This document shows positions 1 to 11,800 of a stretch of 64,000 bases of DNA, piece after piece. This DNA is from Eledone cirrhosa. Taxonomy: Eukaryota. The stretch spans positions 7,254,001 through 7,318,000 of the forward strand of contig OZ024742.1 in the NCBI GenBank assembly GCA_964016885.1, in the 5' to 3' direction. The notes beneath the pieces were generated by a model, which saw nothing but the letters and a program-made list of their open reading frames with translations, did not search any database and had not been told where the DNA came from. The position numbers and the translations under genes were made by a program. Every line of letters starts with the position of its first letter. Positions within the stretch are counted from its first letter, which is position 1.

Positions 1-308
1 TCCTTACTTATCTCAATACCATATATATATATATATATATAGAACAAGGAAAAGCGAAGTAGTTTCAGATGTTCAAATCCTTTAATAATAATGTTGTGAT
101 ATATATTTCAATGGTTTGTTACATAATAAGGTTATGTTTCCGAGGCAATCCAAATTGAATCGACATGGGAACGGACGAAGTGTGTTCTCTTGGGTTCTTC
201 ATCCGTTTCCTTGTGAGTACCAATTCACCCACACCGGTCTGCGCAGGCGCAGGTCCGAAGGAAGTTGACCATTAGCTACCGCAGAAAAATAACCTTATTA
301 TGTAACAA

Positions 309-382
309 GTTGTCTGACGATGTCGCGGCACTGGCGCACGGAACAGTGTGGCCACTGTCGCCATTGAAATATATATCACAGC
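309..382 (+). ncRNA. Type I hammerhead ribozyme motif (family A, copy 1)
   Basis: GTTGT-CTGACGA-(long stem II)-GAAA-TATATA-TC-ACAGC. Stem I is GUUGU/ACAGC and stem III is palindromic. The stem II base is irregular (UG..CA-UU-GAAA). Confidence 0.7.
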
Positions 383-1615
383 ATTATTATTAAAGGACTT
401 GAACACCTGAAACTACTTCGCTTTTCTTTATTCGATATTTACTCCGTCACTCATATGTGGAAAAAGTACGTTGAGTGCTTGAATTGAATTGCATCAATGT
501 TTACCCTAAGAATTTAGCTCGAATTAGTTGAGCGCTCTATGATGTAACCGACATAGTGGAGAAGAGAGCAACCAGCCACCAGCTACACCCGGAAATCCCC
601 TCTACCATGGGGATGGAAATCCCTGATACTGGACGGACATGAAAATAACTTTCGGCAAGATAAATACGCGGAAACAAAACAACGATAAACCCCTATTTTC
701 CTGCACCAAATTGCATTTTAACAGAAGCCCCTCAATTCAATTTATATATGGAAAAATTGGCAATCATATTAATCATGTATCTCCTATCTCATTTTGCATA
801 TATGTACTGTATGTATTTTTTGCATTTATTGGATATATTTTTGTGTGTTTTTTCTTTTGGATATTTTATATCTGTGTTTTGTTTTTTTTTGTTCCATGTG
901 ATGGACATTCTAACTATGTACCCGCCTAACTACAACCTTTCATACTGTAAGTTACCCTCCGTTCTACTGTACGGTACTATCGTTCAGTATGTAGATAATA
1001 TATCTGTAACATTAATACCCTTTCAAAACTTCTTACTTAAACATCTCCCTACGTAGTAGATAGTATAGGTGCACATATTTGTTTACTCACTTCAATCTAG
1101 ATTCTCACTTGTAAATTTTTTTTATTTTTAATTTTTAATTTCTGATTTCTGATTTTCGATTTTTAATTTTTAGTTTTAATTTCCAACTCTCATTCATAAT
1201 TTCCACTGTGAAACTATAATACCTAGAATTAAGTATATTTTCTCTTAGAGGTTGATGGTCAATTATACTGTCCATACTTAATGTGGGGTGATATTGAGAC
1301 CTATTGATACTCACACTCTCCCAACCCCACTGGCTTTCGGCTGACTGCCACTGACGGGGTGACTAGCAGTAAGCTATATATTACAGGCCTGAATAGGTCA
1401 TTGTTTGGTTGAGAGGGGGAACTGCCTAGGCAAATTTCGTTGAACTCTGCGGTAGCTAATGGTCAACTTCCTTCGGACCTGCGCCTGCGCAGACCGGTGG
1501 GGGTGAATTGGTACTTACAAGGGAACGGATGAAGAACCCAAGAGCACACACTTCGTCCGTTCCCATGTCGATTCAATTTGGATTGCCTCGGAAACATAAC
1601 CTTATTATGTAACAA

Positions 1616-1689
1616 GCTGTCTGACGATGTTGCGGTACTCGCACACAGAACAGTGTGGCCACTGTCGCCATTGAAATATATATCACAGC
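1616..1689 (+). ncRNA. Type I hammerhead ribozyme motif (family A, copy 2)
   Basis: GCTGT-CTGACGA...GAAA-TATATA-TC-ACAGC. Perfect 5-bp stem I; the stem II apex pairs CACAC/GTGTG. Confidence 0.72.
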
Positions 1690-1849
1690 ATTATTATTAA
1701 AGGACTTCAACATCTGAAACTACTTCGCTTTTCCTTATTCGATATTTACTCCGTCTCTCCTATGTGGAAAAAGTACGTTGAGTGCTTGAATTGAATTGCA
1801 TCAATGTTTACCTTAAGTATATATATATATATATATACAAAAATGTATG

Positions 1850-1945
1850 ACCCCGACGGCAGAGCTCAAGCCGTTTCGACGGCTATTTCTGGACTAAATT
1901 AGAATTTTTAGCCTGGTGAATAAATAGCCGAACTTGTCAAGGGGT
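1850..1945 (-). ncRNA. Type I hammerhead ribozyme, U3-A8 core variant (family B)
   Basis: Minus strand reads ACCCC-TTGACAA-G..CGGCTATTT....AAATAGCCG.C-GAAA-CGGC(ttgagctct)GCCG-TC-GGGGT. 5-bp stem I, a 9-bp helix in stem II, 5-bp stem III, GUC cleavage triplet. Confidence 0.85.
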
Positions 1946-2861
1946 ACTTCCTTATATGGGAAGATTGTAGTTGTCAAGAGGATGGTTCAAAATTTGTTGT
2001 AAACAAAATAAGTCTATCATGGCATTTGGTGGGAGGTAGGGGTGGCTGAACTTGCCTGTAGAACAATGAGGGAGGTAGTGGAGCCGGTCAAGCGTTGAAA
2101 GTGATATGTATACAGCAGATTCTAAGGATAGTGTATGAAAAGTCGAAAAATTATTTGGAGAAAATGGAGGAGGGAAGTTATAGAATAGTTATTCCAATGA
2201 GAGAAGGAGACAATAAAAATAATAGAAAGAAATATAAAAAAATATATAAAATTAGATAGTGAGAAATGAATAAAAAAAACAAAAACAGTAGAGTCTAGAA
2301 ACAGCTGCTATGATTAGTAGGTGTTGCTTGTACGGCCAAAGCTATAGAAAAAGTTAATAAGATGAGATTGGAAAATACTAAATAAGAAATTGTAGAAGTG
2401 GGTAGTGAAAAAATATAAAGCAAACTTTTCAGGGGTCTAACACAGCTGCTAAAAATAGTTAGTAAAGCGTATTCCGCCAATGCTATCTTACAATTATAGG
2501 TTAATAAGTAGAGAATAGAAAACAATTTAGAAATTGTAGAAATGGAGTAGTAACAAAAATGATACAAAATTACAGGGATCTAACACATCTGCTATAAATA
2601 GTTAGTAAAGCGTATTCGGCCAATTCAATCTTAAAATTACAGGGGTGGCGGTACTGAGGCTACAGAGGCCCGATGGGCTGCATTGGGGTAGGCGAAAGGG
2701 GAAAACAGACGAGGAAGAAGATCGGGTGGAAGGAAGTGATAGGATGTGACAGGGGGAAGAAGAAAACATAGAGGAAAAGAAAAGAGGTACATCTACCTAT
2801 GTAAGCTGGGGTTTCCCCTAACTTATTCGGCAAGTGGGAGGGGGAGGGTATCAGCCCTTGT

Positions 2862-3075
2862 CTATCCACCCGGGTCGTTATGGGGTTTGAGGGCGAGGTA
2901 AGTCCTACGTAATCTGTGTTTGCATGCGGTTACCAGTTCGTCTTTCTTGTTTAGGAGTTGATCCTTCGAAAACAGCATGTGTAATGTTTCCTCCGAGCAT
3001 AAGTAACACGGACGGCGTCCTCCCGTGTAAGAGTTAGTTCTGGACAGTAAACTCCAAGTGAGATTGTAGGTTATT
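2862..3075 (-). pseudogene. C-terminal fragment of PLE GIY-YIG endonuclease
   Basis: Manual translation gives ITYNLTWSLLSRTNSYTGGRRPCYLCSEETLHMLFSKDQLLNKKDELVTACKHRLRRTY...*. It shares the W..L, CxLC, LLN and CxH motifs with the other PLE endonucleases in this window. Absent from the ORF track. Confidence 0.85.
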
Positions 3076-3329
3076 TATATTATCTTGGAGGTCTTTCTAT
3101 TATTTTTTATTGTCTCCTACTCTCATTCGAATTACCTATTCTATAACTTCCCTCCTCCATTTTCTCTAGAACAATTTTTCGACTTTTTATACACTATCCT
3201 TAGAATCTAGCTATTGAGCTATACCGTCGGGGTCATACTTTTTCCTATTACCCACTCTACTACCCTAAGTATTGAGTACTCTGGTGCGTTATGGTCCATC
3301 TGGTTCCTTACCACAATTCCTTCGATATA

Positions 3330-3374
<45 letters not shown>

Positions 3375-3996
3375 CAGACATGTATATATATATGTATGTA
3401 ACGGGTAAACAGAAATAACAACACAATCGGTACAGTATATGGAAGGTATATATTAGGTTAACGCTTGATATAGCAGGAAGAGGGTCTTAGCCTTTCGGAC
3501 GCTAGTCTTTCATCAGAAGAAATAATGAAATATAAGATAGATTGAGGAGACGGGTGGGTTGGAATTGGAAAAAATGTCTTTAGATAAAAATAATAGGTCC
3601 ATTAATGTTGACATGTCTTGGAAAACTGTTGGTGCTGGCGTTGGTGTAAGGTTTGTTTTTTAAAAAAGTTGATGATTGCAGGCGCCTACCTGAAATGGAA
3701 AAAAAAACGTTTTGTAAAAAGAGCTATACTTGAGCACCTGCGTAAGCATGAGTTAGTGTGTGTGTGTGTGTGTGTGCGTGTGTGTGTGTGTGTGTGTGTC
3801 TTATTATAGGTCCGTACGCAGCTAAGAAGAAATGTGTGTGTATATGTGAGTAAAAGAGTGTATGTGCATGTAAGTACGAGGCTATGAGCAAAAGTATGTT
3901 AATATAAGGGTGTGTATCGGCATGTATTTGTTGTAAGAGAAGCTGTTAATGATCAGGAGAAAGTGATAGGAATCAAGGGGTGTGATAATGGACGGG

Positions 3997-4070
<74 letters not shown>

Positions 4071-4072
<2 letters not shown>

Positions 4073-4206
4073 CGAAGGAATTGTGGTAAGGAACCAGGTG
4101 GACCATAACGCACCAAAGTACTCAATACTTAGGGTAGTAGAGTGGGTAATAGGAACAAGTAAGACCCCGACGGCTTGAGCTCAGCCGTCGGGGTCTTACT
4201 TGTTCC

Positions 4207-4209
<3 letters not shown>
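4071..4209 (-). mobile_element. pLTR tail fragment of PLE family B ending in a 27-bp-arm hairpin
   Basis: Homologous to 3215-3325 (inverted) and to 31461-31575. Arms at 4149-4175 and 4183-4209. Embedded in (TA)n. Confidence 0.75.
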
Positions 4210-4301
<92 letters not shown>

Positions 4302-4525
4302 ATACATATATGTATGTATATGTATATATATAAAATATACATATATATATATATAAATTATGTCCATAGAATCATTTGATAACATATATACATCACTTTA
4401 TAGTATATTGCTCTGATTATTTAATTTATTAATTCTTCATTGAGCCACATCGTGAATGGTTGCCAAAACACATATATATCTGTGACTTTGTTTAATTGGT
4501 GTATATGTAAATCTTTATATATATA

Positions 4526-4710
4526 TAATTGTTTCTACCTTAGGCACAAGGCCAGCAATTACCCAGTGCATTACTGGTACTTTATTTTATCGACCCCGTA
4601 AGGATAAAAGGCAAAGTCAACCTCGGCGAGATTTGAACTCGGATCGTAAAGGGACGTAACTATGCTGGAAAGCATGGTGTCCGACCCTCTACCGATACTG
4701 CCAATCCACC
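4526..4710 (-). mobile_element. tRNA-derived SINE (Deu/Nin-domain-like core)
   Basis: Reverse complement has an A-box-like TGGCAGTATCGG, a B-box-like GTTCAAATC and the core GCCTTT.ATCCT..GGGTCGATAAA..AGTACCAG. Near-identical to 7562-7750 and 25827-26012. Confidence 0.85.
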
Positions 4711-4793
4711 AGCGGTCAAGAAACAGAGCTTATTTATAATGTATTATATATATATATAATACATTATAAATAAGCTCTGTTTCTTGACCGCTG
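4710..4793. repeat. Perfect palindrome centred on a (TA)n run
   Basis: CAGCGGTCAAGAAACAGAGCTTATTTATAATGTAT-(TA)n-ATACATTATAAATAAGCTCTGTTTCTTGACCGCTG. Confidence 0.9.
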
Positions 4794-4873
4794 TATCACG
4801 TGATAAGTTCCCCCGCCACCTTTCGGGATTTTATCTCGCGTCCTACGGACGTGTTTTGAAACTCTAAATGAGG

Positions 4874-4969
4874 TATCCTCTTGATAAGTCGGCAAACCTC
4901 ACAAAAATACTGCATCTCTATGATGTAATGGTTTTGCATAATAGCCACGAAACTACGTAGTCGAAGATA
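4874..4969 (+). ncRNA. Type I hammerhead ribozyme, U3-A8 core variant (family C)
   Basis: TATCCTC-TTGATAA-GT.GGC...GCCAC-GAAA-CTACGTAG-TC-GAAGATA. Stem I is 6/7 paired, stem III is the palindrome ACTACGTAGT, GUC site. Confidence 0.75.
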
Positions 4970-5198
4970 ATGAAGGAATTGAGGTATATTATATCTTTTT
5001 ATTTATATCTAATGTTTCTTCTTTCTTTATAATGTATTATATAGCTCTGATATTAAATCAATCTAATCCATTCAGATTATTTTGTCCCTATATTCATAGA
5101 GCAACAACGATTAAGGTTGACACCACACAAATTCAGGGATATATGTGGGTATATGCATGTATATGTATGTATTCGATTGTGTCTGTGTATTTCTTTGT

Positions 5199-5251
<53 letters not shown>

Positions 5252-5258
<7 letters not shown>

Positions 5259-5700
5259 TATAAATAAACATAGTAAATTACGTGTCTAAAGTTACGAGTG
5301 GTAGAGAATGCTACACATATTTTAAATATTTAATCTTAAACATACAGTAGGATATCATTCTATACAGACCGTATCAAAAACATTTCATCTCTCGGACAGA
5401 GATTTAACATGTTTCGCCCTGAAAATTGTGTTTGTAACATATAATCTGTAGGCTTACATCGGCAAGAGATTAGATCAAATGAAACAAAATACATCTAACA
5501 GCAACTCGAGGAGTATAAATATGCACCTCGTGGGCTGCACGCTATACGTTGTATGAGTGGTTATGCTAGAAATAATAGCCTTATTACATTCAACTTATAT
5601 CCTACTGTATGTTTAAGATAAAATATTTAAAACATTTGTGGTATTCTCTGCCTTCGTAATTTTAGACACGAAATTTACTGTGTTTATTTATACACATATA
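5252..5700. mobile_element. Element with about 100-bp diverged terminal inverted repeats (MITE-like or PLE fold-back)
   Basis: About 5255-5354 is the reverse complement, with mismatches, of about 5598-5700. Spacer about 240 bp, TA-flanked. Confidence 0.55.
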
Positions 5701-5782
5701 TTACTATATAATGCTCAGTGTTTATACTTTGAGCTTGTTAATTGCAGCGTATCAATATGAGTTAATGACTCTGTATTTTATT

Positions 5783-5864
<82 letters not shown>

Positions 5865-6152
5865 TATGTACACGTACATACATATATGTACAGCGTTCCT
5901 TTGTCAGTGTTGAACAAACGAGCAACGATGGTTGCTGGCCACTACGGCTTAATGCGGGATGTTTGTTTACAAACACACCGAGCATTATAATAAATGTTCG
6001 GTGAATCCATACGTACATATCTATATGTGTACATGTATGTATACATACTACTGTACGTCTGTATACATATATGTTTGTACGTGTACATACTTATATTTAA
6101 GTAACAGCCGTACTAAGAGTGGGAAATGAAATTTCGTTTCATTTTTTCCGTT

Positions 6153-6385
<233 letters not shown>

Positions 6386-6423
6386 AACATAAGTCAATTG
6401 CATGAACTCATAATCCTTTATTT

Positions 6424-6470
6424 ACTGCTATATATATATTTCGATGATAGCTATAACCTCATCAGGCAGT
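6424..6470 (-). ncRNA. Type I hammerhead ribozyme (family D, shortened stem II)
   Basis: Minus strand reads ACTGC-CTGATGA-GGTTATAGCTATCATC-GAAA-TATATATA-TA-GCAGT. It lies in a pLTR fragment (6379-6535) homologous to 20171-20336. Confidence 0.75.
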
Positions 6471-6785
6471 TAATCAGTTCTTAGATATGCCAGCTCTGTG
6501 ATTTTGGTGTTGATGGTTTCAGAGCCTTGGGACATATCAGCTTGTTAGGGATAATTTAATGTTGTAAGCAGGAATAATCTTAATTTTCATTGGCCATATA
6601 TATATGACTGGTAAGTTTCAGAAAGCTGGTAGAGAGCGGTAGAAATATACAAAAAGGCAAAGAATGGCAAGTAGAGCAAAACAGATTAATAACATATTTC
6701 TGGGATTCGCCCCCTTTTCAAATGGGACACGAAAACGGTTCAAAATATAAACGAACAATTAACTATACCACACACACACACATAT

Positions 6786-6820
6786 TCTCTCTCTTTCTCT
6801 TTCTCTCTCTCTCCCTCTCG

Positions 6821-6868
<48 letters not shown>

Positions 6869-6949
6869 ACTCACCCCCCTCTCTCTCTATCTCTCTATCT
6901 CTCTATATATATATATGTGTATGTGTGTGAGTGTGTGTGTGTGCGTGTG

Positions 6950-6990
<41 letters not shown>

Positions 6991-7003
6991 GTGTGTGTGT
7001 GTG

Positions 7004-7035
<32 letters not shown>
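6786..7035. repeat. Compound (CT)n-(TA)n-(GT)n microsatellite
   Basis: Direct reading. Confidence 0.9.
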
Positions 7036-7159
7036 AATAATTGTCGAGAGCTTGGTATCTCGCCTATCTATTAACTACTCTCAATATCTGCCATCTTTGT
7101 CTTAATTCATCAGGGTTTTTTTAATTCCTAAAATAACATGTTTATCCTCGTTAATCCAC

Positions 7160-7340
7160 TTACAATTTCAGAGGTATGTCGATGAAATCGACCCCAGTGC
7201 GTTACTGGTATTTTATTTGTTTTAGCCGACTCTGTAAGGATGAAAGGAAAATCTAACCTCAGCCGGATTTAAACTCAGAACGTAAAATGCCGTAACTCTA
7301 TGCCGCAAATCATGTTGTCTGACATTCTACCAATACTGCG
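7160..7340 (-). mobile_element. tRNA-derived SINE, diverged copy
   Basis: TCGACCCCAGTGCGTTACTGGTA...GTAAGGATGAAAGG...GGATTTAAACTCAGAACG matches the SINE core. Confidence 0.75.
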
Positions 7341-7346
7341 TAACTG

Positions 7347-7548
7347 TTAATGGATTCTGATTTAAACACAATACCACCAAATTTGAATGGAGGGAAAAGT
7401 CGTTACTGGTACTTTAGTTTATCGACCCCGTAAAGATGAGAAGCTAAGCTAACATCTTCAGGATTTGAATTCAGAACGTAATCTACTATAATTATATGCC
7501 ACAAAGCATGTTTTCCGATGCTCTATCGATTACTGCCATTCCACTGAT
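7347..7548 (-). mobile_element. tRNA-derived SINE, diverged copy
   Basis: ACTGGTACTTT..TTTATCGACCCCGTAAAGATGA...GGATTTGAATTCAGAACG. Confidence 0.75.
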
Positions 7549-7561
7549 CTTTTCGAATAAA

Positions 7562-7750
7562 TAATTGTTTCTACTTTAGGCACAAGGCCAGCAATTATCC
7601 AGTGCATTACTGGTACTTTATTTTATCGACCCCGTAAGGATGAAAGGCAAAGTCAACCTCGGCGGGATTTGAACTCAGATCGTAAAGGGACGTAACTATG
7701 CTGGAAAGCATGGCGTCCATCCCTCTACCGATACTGCCAATCCACTGCCC
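7562..7750 (-). mobile_element. tRNA-derived SINE, young copy
   Basis: Nearly identical to 4526-4710. B-box GTTCAAATCC on the minus strand. Confidence 0.88.
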
Positions 7751-8100
7751 TTTTCGAATAAATAATAAGGAGATGATGGATGATCTTAACGGAGTAATGC
7801 CAAGAACGAAGTACTTGTTAACGATGGCGATGGTATCATATTTTGTGTAACACTTAAATGATAGATTACCAGTGAAAACCAAATTAACATATGTGAAGAA
7901 CTACATAAGTGAACTACAGCGAGAACGGGGAGGGATTCCAGCTTCATACAACAGTATTCCCACTTTTTGAAGTCTATGTTTCAGTATTAGTAATGTAATA
8001 TATTAGGGGTCATGAGATGGCGCTAGATAACGTAAATGATGGCCTGTCTCACCTACGTGGCTGGATTTACCTTGTTTGTTTTTGCTGGATATATACATCA

Positions 8101-8162
<62 letters not shown>

Positions 8163-8540
8163 TAATTTAATATATCTACTAACATAAGCGCACAGATGTA
8201 CGCTAATGCCAGCAAATACACAGGTTATGTCATAGTACCTAGGTGGTTCAATGCAGGAGGATGCAGAACAATAATATAAAAGACGTAAAATAAGAACATT
8301 TAAAAAAAAATTTTTAAAGAATTAACTTACTTACTTAAATTTTCACTCCAACTAATTAGTTTCTGCAATGGGATAAAGACAGTTACGTAATGAACTGTTG
8401 AGAATTTCATTGCGTCATCAGGGACGTCTATTCTCAACCAAGTCTCCAGGCAATGCGCGGACACTGGGGACTCATATAAAAATAATAATAATTCGGTAAA
8501 TGGAACAGCTATCGAGGACTGGATTCCAGGCACTGAAAAT

Positions 8541-8601
8541 TATAAGATGTGTTTTGATGTTCATACATACTAAGCGAGTAAGTTATATAATATATTTTGA
8601 C

Positions 8602-8642
<41 letters not shown>

Positions 8643-8782
8643 TGATTAAAATGTCAAAACATGTCATATATATAGATATACCGAATAAAATATCAAAATA
8701 TTATATATATATATATAAAGTGTCAAAATATATTATATAACTTACTCGCTTAGTATGTATGAACATCAAAACACATCTTATA
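8541..8782. repeat. About 70-bp perfect inverted repeat (8541-8610 / 8713-8782) around a (TA)n-rich spacer
   Basis: TATAAGATGTGTTTTGATGTTCATACATACTAAGCGAGTAAG... versus ...CTTACTCGCTTAGTATGTATGAACATCAAAACACATCTTATA. Confidence 0.9.
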
Positions 8783-8860
8783 TATTATTTTTACAACACC
8801 TTGTATTAAATCAATAGAACCCTTTTGGCAAATAAATGAAATAGTCACCACTATTATTAT

Positions 8861-11800
8861 CCCTTCCACGGTGAGTAGGAGGGAAACGTCCGTAGCACCC
8901 GTACCAAGGCCCCGGACAACTAAAGCAGCATCATCTGTAGTGGCAACACCAATAGCTACATTTGAAGTAGCTACACCAGCAACAAAATTGCCGAAGAGGG
9001 CTCCACTACCACCACCAACAGCCGTGGAGCACATAGCCCTCCCAAACGCCACAGAATCCGACATGGAGTTTGAAGCGAGAGTGAAGTGGCAAACGGTCTG
9101 CCACAAAAAGAAAAAAGAAAAAAACCCTTAGATTCACCCTCCAAAAGCGAAGGCATACAAAGAGGGGTAAAGGCAGCAAGGAAACTTGCAGCAACACCAC
9201 CACCATCACCACCACAAGCCCCACTGACAACAACAACCACACCACCACCAGCATCACCAAAAACACCAACAAAGCAAACACAAGACACAAACACCAAACA
9301 GCAACAAGAAGAAAACAGCAAGAACCCCCCCCCCCCCCCCCCAAAGTACACAGCCATAAACATGGCAATAAAAGAACTCATACAATATGTAAAGCAGCAC
9401 ACAGACATCACAGAAAAAAAAACTACTACACCCCACCAACACCAAGAACTCTCCCAACAAACATAAGCATCATTGAAATCTCAATAGAACAGTACAAACC
9501 TTTAAAACAAAAATTCCCCAACGCAGTTGGAGACTTCAAAGGGTCGGTTACCAAGAGGATATACACTGACATCCTCTTGGAAACACCCATGACCAGCGAA
9601 AGGGGCGGTTCTACTGTCCCTTCACCACACGATCAAGGTAAGTGACCTTTTCTCACTTGCCCCATTTCTCATCCAACATGGCCGTACTCAGAATAGGCAG
9701 TATAAATGCACGTGGCCTGGGGTCATCTTGGAAGCAGGGTCACCTGCTCAACGACCTCAGGTCACTAAACATAGATGTGGTGGCCATCAGTGAAACCAGA
9801 TTCTCCGAAGCACAAGCCTTCGCACCGATCTTCGGCGGCTACGATGTATACGCATCTCCCAGCCGTCCCGGATCGAGGGAAGGGGTTGCCGTCCTTTTTC
9901 GGAGAGGCTTGGATCTCGCGATACGGGCCATCTTCCTACACCCAGAAGGTAAGTCGGTGGTGCTGGACGTGACCGGCAGCGAAGGCAATGCTTTCAGTCT
10001 AGTAGCCGTCTACGCCCCAACAGGGGCAGGACGGCCAGTTTTCTTCAGACGTCTAGAGACCTTTCTTGGAACGTCCCGCTCTTTAGTGTTAGTGGGCGAC
10101 TGGAACGGTATCTTGAATGCACGCTGGGATTGTGTGGGACTAGTGGATAGGGGAGGAGGGTGCAAAAGCCTCACCAACCTGCTCAGACGTTTTGAACTGT
10201 CTGACAGGTATCGACTGGATCACCCGTATGTGCCAATGTGGACATGGACAAACCTCATCGGGTCATCCAGATCGTATCTTGATAGGGCATTCTGCAGAGA
10301 ACTAGATAAGGCTAGTATAAGTTGTCCACAATTTAAAATAGTCGACTACACAGACCACAAATTTGTGATCTGTGAGATCGACATAGACAGACTTCATAGA
10401 CAAGGGCCTGGTAACTGGAAGCTGAACGCGTCTTTCCCGGCGCACAAAGCCTAGAGAGACCGGATTAGCGTATTAGTTAAGCGGGCGTTGACGTGAGCGG
10501 TCGTCAACAACAGGTGGTGGTTCGCCCTGAAAAGGGCAATTAAAGTAGAGTTAATTAGGTTTAGGAAAGGAGTAGTGATAGAGGAAAATAGAGTAGAGGA
10601 AGAGCTACGCAGAAAGTTAGAAGAGGCGTTTAGGACAGGCATCGCAACCGACGTGCTTGCGGCGAGATTGGCACTCGACCAATTCTTCAACGCAAAACAC
10701 GGAGGCTGCGTTGTCAGAGCTAGAGCGCGTGCTCTGAAACACGAGGGGACAAAAGCCGTCCAATGGGTCCGGGTGGCAGAGGCGCGACGTGGCAACAAAG
10801 CCACAATTCGGTCTTTGTCTGACCAAAACGGGTGCGTGATGCTCGAACACGAGCGGATTTGTGAAGCTTTTCCGCACCACTTTGCTGAACTGTTCGGGAG
10901 CGGCGGCCCGGATCGGGGCATGGACTTCAGTGCATACCTCGACGGACTGCCTCGGCTCTCGACGACCACAGCACAGTGTTGCGAAAAGCCAATAACAGCC
11001 GGTGAAATACGGGAAGCGATGGCTAACTGCACAAGGGGTAAATTGCCAGGTTTGGATGGTCTGCCCTACGAGCTTTATGCATTTATGCCAGACTTGTTCG
11101 GTGACCTCTTGGCAGACGTCTACTGCAACTGACAGCAGAACGGGAGCATTCCCAGTTTTGTGAGCCGGGGAGCAGTGGGGCTGCTCAGAAAAGACCCGAA
11201 CAAGGGGGATGTTATCGATAATTTCAGGCTCATAACCCTGCTAAACGCAGAGTTCAAGATTTTGGCCAGGGTGTTAGCAACGAGGTTGGCGCTTGCGGTC
11301 AAGGGTCTGGTGGGAGAGGCGCAGACACGCGCCATTCCGGACAGGTCCATACACGACAACCTCCACCTCATGCGATACATCGTAGAGAGGTGGTTAAGGA
11401 ACCTGGCATTAGTAGGGCCTGATCAACTTGGATCAATCCAAAGCATTCGATAGGATCGAACTTCAGTACCTGGCGGCGGTCCTCGAGGCAGCCGGTTTCG
11501 GGCCCGTTTTCAGGGGTTGGATCGCAGCAATGTACAGCGACATTTGCTCAGTTGTGAGGGTGAACGGTCACCTGTCACAGCCGTTCAGCATCACGCGCTC
11601 AGTCCGCCAGGACTGTCCCCTCTCGTCCCTCTTGTACGTATTGGCTCTCGAGCCGTTACTGCACAAACTGGGGGCGATGAGGGGCGTCCCACGCGAACTA
11701 GGATGCGGGAAATCCGAGTTGGCTTACGCCGACGACGTCACCGTGGTGGTTTCGAGCACCAGACACGTCCAGATGCTCGGCACCGCTCTCAAGGAATACG

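Larger units (their letters stand above)
42..1817 (+). mobile_element. Non-autonomous Penelope-like element: two direct pLTR-like repeats (290-510, 1597-1817) plus an inverted partial pLTR (42-285), flanked by (TA)n
   Basis: 290-510 and 1597-1817 are near-identical direct repeats. 116-285 is the reverse complement of 1446-1615, and 47-114 is the reverse complement of the segment from GAAA onward. Each direct repeat contains a hammerhead motif. No credible ORF. Confidence 0.7.
1838..3325 (-). mobile_element. 5'-truncated Penelope-like element with 3' pLTR (hammerhead) and inverted partial pLTR at the truncation junction
   Basis: GIY-YIG C-terminus on the minus strand (2862-3075) and a hammerhead at 1850-1945 downstream of it. 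About 3092-3210 is an inverted copy of about 2117-2230, followed by an inverted pLTR tail (3215-3325). (TA)n on both sides. Confidence 0.8.

Noticed and set aside
3485-3520. Minus-strand CTGATGA-AAGACTAGCGTCC-GAAA hammerhead-like motif
   Set aside because: The stem II closing pair is mismatched, stem I is poor and stem III is minimal. Probably a decayed PLE ribozyme, so not listed as a feature.
7770-7990. Unique moderately GC-rich stretch that might be a host exon (likewise 19106-19700)
   Set aside because: No sustained ORF, recognisable motif or convincing splice pair. It would need RNA-seq or BLAST.
8375-8428. Minus-strand CTGATGA followed by a 9-bp hairpin
   Set aside because: GAAA is replaced by GTAA and there is no stem I partner.
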